Positions 58,736 through 64,000 of a DNA stretch of 64,000 nucleotides are shown here, in pieces. Made by a program: the position numbers and the translations under genes. Numbering within the stretch: the stretch's first letter is position 1; each line of letters starts with the position of its first letter. This DNA comes from a virus: the IMG/VR virus record IMGVR_UViG_3300028840_002150, positions 1 through 64,000 of that record. One strand, given 5' to 3'. Under the pieces are notes generated by a model. It was given only the letters and a program-made list of their open reading frames with translations, did not search any database and had not been told where the DNA came from.

Positions 58736-61700
58736 CCCTCACCCAGGAACAGACCGAACGGCTGGACTCCTTGTCGCAACTCCGCCAGACGTTCGAGGCC
58801 GAGAAGGAAGCCCGCGCGGCGCGGGCCATGGAATCCTATCTCCGCACCCAGGAACACCTAGCCAAGGCCAAGCAGTACACCGCGGAATCGTTGGTGTTTA
58901 CCGGGGCGCAGACCTACGTGAACCCGAACGACTACCTTCCCAACATGTTCCGGCGAGACCGGCAGTTGATTTACGGCGGGCACATCGCGGGAATCGGGGA
59001 CCGCTACCGGGGCCGAGACCTGCCGTTCATCTACACGTTGCAGGACGCATCCCAGGCCCGCGGAATGGCCCGGCTTGTCACCAAGACCACCTGCCCCGGC
59101 GTGGGCGTAGAGCAAAACCTGAAGGGCTACATCTGCAAGGACGGGTTCACCTTCCAGGCCGGCGACAAAAAGAACTCCGAAGCTCCCGCCGCTTTGGTCG
59201 CCGCGGTCCAGGACGTGATTGACGACATGCTGGACGCCAACGACTTCACGGGCGATTTGGACAAGGAAATTCTCTGGCGGACCATCCGGGACGGCGAGTG
59301 CTACAACGTGCTCTACCCGCAGAAAGACGGCATCACGATCATTCGCCAACTGGAGCCGGAGCAAAATCCCGAGCCGCCGAATAACCCGTTTACCCCCGAG
59401 GAGCTGTTCACCAGATTCGGCATCGAGACGGCTGAGGACTGCGACTGGTCCCTCGGAGTACACACGCCGGCATGGGACGTGCAGCGGCCCTACGGCTACT
59501 ATGTTCAGTGGGACCCGACCGATGCGGGCGACTACATCCCCGCCGAGCATTGCGTGCATATCAAGTGGGGCGTGGAGCGGAATGTCAAGCGCGGATTGAC
59601 CGCATTTTACCCGAGTTGGCAATGGCTTCTCCAGCAGCAAGATTTGCTGGTAAACACCGGCGAAGGTGCCAAGCGGTTGGCCGCCATCGCCTACATTGTC
59701 CAGTACGCCAACGCTACGGCATCCGAATATCAGGCGATGCGGGACGCCAGCCTCGGAACGTACGATGTGACCGTGGACCTGCCGGGCGGCGGATCGAAGA
59801 CCTACACCCGGACCTTGGACAATCCGGGAGACGTGCTGAACGTCCCGGAGGGGCAGGAGTTCGTTTCCGGCCCGACCGGGCACGAGCGGGGCAATGCGTT
59901 CCTGCAAATCGCACAGGGCATCCTCCGGCAAGTGGCGGTCCAGTTTTGCATGTCGGAGGGGATGATTTCCGGCGACGACAGCAACAATAACTTCGCCTCG
60001 TCCGTGGTGGCTGGCAGCCGGTTCCACACGTTCTGCACTATGATGCAGGGGTGGCTCGGAGGCAAGTTCACGAAGATGGCATGGCGGGCGGTCCAGTTCG
60101 CCTATGATGCCGGGCGGTTCCGCCAATGGGGATTCGAGCCGGGCCGCCGCACGTTCCGCCAATTGCGGCGGATAATCGAAATCAACGTCACCGGGCCGGA
60201 CGTGGCCATCGAGACGGCTGCCGACAAGCAGGCCATCGCCACCTACCGCCAAATCCTCAACCAGTCCGGGGTGCTGTCCAAAAAGACCTGGATGCAGCAC
60301 GAAGACCTGGACGCGGAGCGGGAGCAGAAGCAAATCGAGGAAGAGGGCGGACCGGCGGGAGAACAGCAAGGCGGAGCACCCGGCGCCCCCGGTGCTCCCC
60401 CGGCGCCGGGCGGCGGAGATGGCGGCGAGCCCGAGCCGCCCAGCCCGCCCGCAGGCCCCCCGCCGGCCAAAGCCGCCCAATTGGACGCCGAGCGACCCGC
60501 TACGGAATCCTCCGCCGACAGGCCCGAGGATTGCGGCTGCGCTGCGGAAGACACCGCCGCCGTGCCCACGCAAACGCCCCGCCGCCCCACGGTAGCCGTG
60601 GACCTGGACGGCACGCTCACCCTGCCGGATGGCACGCCGAAGCCGGATGCGCTGGCCGCAATGCAATCCTTGGCCAACTGCGGCTTCTGCCTGATTATCA
60701 ACACCGTTCGCGGAAACCGGCAGGAAGTGGCCACCTGGCTAAGCCGCTACGGCATCCCCTACGACTACATCAACGAGAACCCATTCCAACCGCCCGATAC
60801 GTCCGGCAAGATCATGGCCGACGTGTACCTGGATGACCGAGCCGTGAGCGGGGAGGGGCCGCTTTCGCTGGTTGTGCCCCAGGTAATCGCGCAGGCCACA
60901 CAATCGGCATCGGAGCCGCATCAAGGCGGACCGCCGCCGCTAAACACGCAGCCCGCTTTCGGACAACCCATTGCGGAATCTTCGCGCATTTCCCCCGATA
61001 TTGTGGATCTATCAGCGAATACCCTAATGGCGGAATCCGGTATGGTCCAAGTTTTGGAAGCAGACGGTTCGGCCGTTTGGGAAGGGCAGGCCGCCGATCT
61101 GGGGGAAACCCTGGATGTGGCCCTGGAACTGTACGGGCCGGCAGCGGTCGAGGGGTTGCAGGTTTCCCGGTGTTTCGACGGGAAGGGAGGCGTGGCAGAA
61201 GCCGCCGTCCCTTTTGCGATGGAGAAGGAGGGGGATAAGTGGATTACCCTCCGCTCTGGCGCGCGGGTGCAAATCGACGGCGAGGGAACGATTACCGCGG
61301 GATTTGGCAAGGGTGAAAACATCCGGGCCATGGGCAGGCGGGAAGCCAAGGACAATAAGCCGAAACGGGAACGCGTTGCAACCCCGGAGGAAAAAGTTGC
61401 CGGCCTGTTTTCGGAAAGCGAGAAGAAGCTCCCGAAACAAGCGCAGCAACCGCTAAAAACCCGCGATGAAGTCTACGGAAATGCCACCAAGGTCAAGGAC
61501 CGTTATGACAAGGTTTTGAACCAGGGGCAGGGCGTCGATTCCGCTATCGGGGCCAAAGTGGTGCAAGCACAAGACGCAATGTCGGCCATGGACGAGCCGG
61601 GTCCGGTTGTTATCCTGGCACCGCTGAAAGGCGAGGCAAGAGCCGCCGAAAAGGTGGAGACGAAGTACGGCGGAGATTGGTCGCAACTGCAGGACGTGGT

Positions 61701-62091
61701 GAGGGGAACCGTTGCGGTCGATACCGTGGACGATTTGCCAAAAGTGACGGAGGCGCTGCGGGAGAAAATGGAATCGCAGGGGTTCAAGCTGGCCGCCGCA
61801 CCGGACGACAAAATGAGCAACCCAACCCCGGCGGGCTACCGGGATGTAGCGCTCATGATGGTTTCCCCGGAAGGCATGGTCTGCGAGCTGCAGGTAAACG
61901 TGAAGTCGATGATAAAGGCGAAGCAGGGTCCGGGTCACAAGATGTACGAAGAGGCCCGAGGGATCGAGGCAAAGGCCAAGCTGGAAGGCCGCAACATGAC
62001 CCCCGCCGAGCAAAAGCAAATGCAGGACCTAAACGGAAAAATGACCAAGTTGTACGCGGACGCCTGGAAGCAGGCGGTGGGGGGTAAGTGA
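58732..62091 (+). CDS. Portal-like protein fused to HAD-like and RelA/SpoT-like nucleotidyltransferase domains
   Basis: Portal-like part (RTIRDGEC, H.K......KRG, GDDSNNNFAS) downstream of terminase; VDLDGTL..K..ADVYLDDRA (HAD); PLK..R..EK, LQDVVR, GYRD, ELQV, GHKMYE (RelA-like). Confidence 0.8.
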   Translation: MTLTQEQTERLDSLSQLRQTFEAEKEARAARAMESYLRTQEHLAKAKQYTAESLVFTGAQTYVNPNDYLPNMFRRDRQLIYGGHIAGIGDRYRGRDLPFIYTLQDASQARGMARLVTKTTCPGVGVEQNLKGYICKDGFTFQAGDKKNSEAPAALVAAVQDVIDDMLDANDFTGDLDKEILWRTIRDGECYNVLYPQKDGITIIRQLEPEQNPEPPNNPFTPEELFTRFGIETAEDCDWSLGVHTPAWDVQRPYGYYVQWDPTDAGDYIPAEHCVHIKWGVERNVKRGLTAFYPSWQWLLQQQDLLVNTGEGAKRLAAIAYIVQYANATASEYQAMRDASLGTYDVTVDLPGGGSKTYTRTLDNPGDVLNVPEGQEFVSGPTGHERGNAFLQIAQGILRQVAVQFCMSEGMISGDDSNNNFASSVVAGSRFHTFCTMMQGWLGGKFTKMAWRAVQFAYDAGRFRQWGFEPGRRTFRQLRRIIEINVTGPDVAIETAADKQAIATYRQILNQSGVLSKKTWMQHEDLDAEREQKQIEEEGGPAGEQQGGAPGAPGAPPAPGGGDGGEPEPPSPPAGPPPAKAAQLDAERPATESSADRPEDCGCAAEDTAAVPTQTPRRPTVAVDLDGTLTLPDGTPKPDALAAMQSLANCGFCLIINTVRGNRQEVATWLSRYGIPYDYINENPFQPPDTSGKIMADVYLDDRAVSGEGPLSLVVPQVIAQATQSASEPHQGGPPPLNTQPAFGQPIAESSRISPDIVDLSANTLMAESGMVQVLEADGSAVWEGQAADLGETLDVALELYGPAAVEGLQVSRCFDGKGGVAEAAVPFAMEKEGDKWITLRSGARVQIDGEGTITAGFGKGENIRAMGRREAKDNKPKRERVATPEEKVAGLFSESEKKLPKQAQQPLKTRDEVYGNATKVKDRYDKVLNQGQGVDSAIGAKVVQAQDAMSAMDEPGPVVILAPLKGEARAAEKVETKYGGDWSQLQDVVRGTVAVDTVDDLPKVTEALREKMESQGFKLAAAPDDKMSNPTPAGYRDVALMMVSPEGMVCELQVNVKSMIKAKQGPGHKMYEEARGIEAKAKLEGRNMTPAEQKQMQDLNGKMTKLYADAWKQAVGGK
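60996..61021 (+). promoter_or_regulatory. Intragenic copy of the repeated motif
   Basis: cgatatt gtggatctatcag cgaata; in-frame ATG at 61027. Confidence 0.5.
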
Positions 62092-62285
62092 TGGCAGACA
62101 CAAAGTATGTTGACTCCGAAGGGGCGCTGTTGCGCTGGTTAGACCACGCAATGCCGTTTCGTGAAGTGTACCGCAAGGGCGGCAAGTGGGTGCCCTACGG
62201 CGGCGAGTATAGCGATTGGCTTTACGGTAAGCCGCTGTCGGATTCGGAAGCCCGCGAACGAATGAAGCAGATCGACGAGGACTGA
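62088..62285 (+). CDS. Small protein, candidate immunity/antitoxin partner
   Basis: 65 aa; GTGA overlap with the RelA-like fusion. Confidence 0.5.
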   Translation: MMADTKYVDSEGALLRWLDHAMPFREVYRKGGKWVPYGGEYSDWLYGKPLSDSEARERMKQIDED

Positions 62286-62287
62286 CC

Positions 62288-64000
62288 ATGCCGGTTGACA
62301 TTCCGCTCTTGAAAGCCCTCCAGCGTCGCGCATCTCTGAGGCTGTTGGAAACGTGGTCCGGGAACCGCGGCGGGGATACCGTAGTCGCCGAAGAGGAACG
62401 CTGGATTACCACCGACAACGGGAAGCGGATGAAGATTGACGACTCCGGCAAGATTACCGCCGGTCCTGGGGCGGGGATGAACATCTCCGATTTTGGCAAG
62501 CACGGCCCGAGCGGCAAAAAGTCTCAAGCGGCAAGTGGTGGCGACAAGCCGCTGGACGTGGATAAGTCCGGCGATGAACTGGCCGCGGACCGCAAAGCCA
62601 AGCTGATGCAAGCGTTTCGCAAAAACGCCGGCGACGATGGGGGCGAGGCCGCGCCTGCCGAGCGGGCAAGCCAGGCGGCTACGCGGGGCAATGACGAAGG
62701 GTTGAAATCCGGAGAGCAACTAGCCGCAGACCGCAAGGCGAAACTTCAGCAGGCGTTCAAAGCGCAGCAGGACATCGCCCGAGCATCGGCCAACAAGCAA
62801 AGCAAGATTGACGGCGCCCGCCGTTCGTCGCCCGGCGATACGGAGCCGGTGGTTCGCGATACGTACAAGGCCGCGGAAACCCTGGAAAAGTTGGCTCCCG
62901 GCACTACCACCAAACAGGCCGCGCAAATGTCCGGGGCCCCGGATGAAGCGGTGGTGGATCTAAGCCAAGCCAAAGGCGGCGCGGTCCGGTACCATGCGAT
63001 GGATGACCGGTTCGAGGCAACCGGCACCATCCGCCGCGCGGAAGATGGCAAACTCGAGGTCCGCTACGATCGGCTAAGTATCCTGCCCGATGCCCGCGGG
63101 ACCGGGTTCGGCGCCGAGCTGTTGAACAATCAGGTACACGCTGCGGAAAAAAGCGGGGTGTCTCGGATCCGCGTCGAGGCCGTGGGCAACTATATGGAAA
63201 ACGATCTACGGAACGGCTACTACGCGTTTCCCCGCATGGGGTTCGACGGCGACTTGCCGGGCGATTGGAAAGGCCAGATGGAAGCCAACGGCGCGATGGG
63301 GGACGCTTTGCCGGCGGACCTGCAAAACGCCACCAAGGTTTCGGACCTGATGAAAACGCCGCAAGGGCGGGAGGCGTGGAAAAAGTACGGCTTCCCGATG
63401 GAGCTAACCTTGGACACCACTCCAGGTTCCCAGGGCCGCAAGGTGTTTGACGCCTACTACCAAAGCGGCGACCGCAAGGGGACGGATCTGAAGGTGGAAT
63501 CCGCGCCGCCACGAGAAATGCCGCTCATGGAAGAGGGGCAGGAAGTACCGGAACCGGGGGACGATGAGCGGGAGGTGGACATCGATCTCGGCATTGACGA
63601 CGACGAAGACATCTTCGCCGAAATCTGGGATACGCTCGAAGACGACGCGGAGCCTGACGCAGAACCCGGCGAGGGGACCGTCACCGAGGCCGCCGACAAG
63701 TACGCCGATGTGGACCTGACGCCGACTAAGGGGATGCAGGCAGCGGCCAGAAATGGCGTGGAGCGGCATGAAAACGGCGAGACGGGCGACGGGCTGAAAC
63801 CGGAGACCGTATCCCGAGCTAACCGGATTGCACGCGGCGAGCGGCTTACCCCCGAGCACGTCCGCGAAATGTCCGGCTGGTTCGCGCGGCACGGCAAGGA
63901 CAAGCAGGAACCCGGCACCCCTTGGTATGCCGCGTGGCAGCTTTGGGGCGGCAACGCGGGGGAATCCTGGAGCAAGGACAAGTCCGCGGAATTGGACCGC
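62288..64000 (+). CDS. 3'-truncated multidomain head-associated protein with GNAT-like domain (absent from ORF track)
   Basis: ATG at 62288, open to the window end; WITTDNGKRMKIDDSGKITAG; LPDARGTGFG...NGYY.FPRMGF (GNAT); MSGWFARH...AWQLWGG..G..W head-module domain. Confidence 0.75.
   Translation, partial: MPVDIPLLKALQRRASLRLLETWSGNRGGDTVVAEEERWITTDNGKRMKIDDSGKITAGPGAGMNISDFGKHGPSGKKSQAASGGDKPLDVDKSGDELAADRKAKLMQAFRKNAGDDGGEAAPAERASQAATRGNDEGLKSGEQLAADRKAKLQQAFKAQQDIARASANKQSKIDGARRSSPGDTEPVVRDTYKAAETLEKLAPGTTTKQAAQMSGAPDEAVVDLSQAKGGAVRYHAMDDRFEATGTIRRAEDGKLEVRYDRLSILPDARGTGFGAELLNNQVHAAEKSGVSRIRVEAVGNYMENDLRNGYYAFPRMGFDGDLPGDWKGQMEANGAMGDALPADLQNATKVSDLMKTPQGREAWKKYGFPMELTLDTTPGSQGRKVFDAYYQSGDRKGTDLKVESAPPREMPLMEEGQEVPEPGDDEREVDIDLGIDDDEDIFAEIWDTLEDDAEPDAEPGEGTVTEAADKYADVDLTPTKGMQAAARNGVERHENGETGDGLKPETVSRANRIARGERLTPEHVREMSGWFARHGKDKQEPGTPWYAAWQLWGGNAGESWSKDKSAELDR

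Noticed and set aside
58858-60666. 602-aa minus-strand ORF (also 18484-19443, 26241-27044, 34613-35473 and similar)
   Set aside because: Shadow ORFs of GC-rich genes that have clear motifs in another frame or strand.

Overview
GC-rich, almost entirely plus-strand segment of a temperate tailed phage or prophage. The host is probably a planctomycete, inferred from the integrase N-terminus, a DUF1580-like HTH and Cys/Asp-rich tail proteins. Order along the window: tail/receptor-binding genes (1-5.8 kb); a glycosyltransferase-radical SAM/methyltransferase/sulfotransferase cluster (5.8-10.1 kb); accessory and nucleotide-modifying genes (10.5-18.8 kb); tyrosine integrase, a hammerhead ribozyme, a candidate attP and an excisionase-like gene (18.9-22.9 kb); recombination genes, an SMC-like ATPase and a phage sigma factor (25-31 kb); an integron-like attC cassette array with no IntI (33.0-34.4 kb); an array of small genes behind a repeated CAATATC-N13-CGAATA motif (22 copies in the window, 13 within 37.9-48.3 kb); a ParB-methylase, terminase and further methylases (48.9-58.5 kb); and a portal-like protein fused to HAD and RelA/SpoT-like domains, a small partner gene and a GNAT-bearing polyprotein that runs off the end. 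All family assignments come from reading motifs by eye; no database searches were run.
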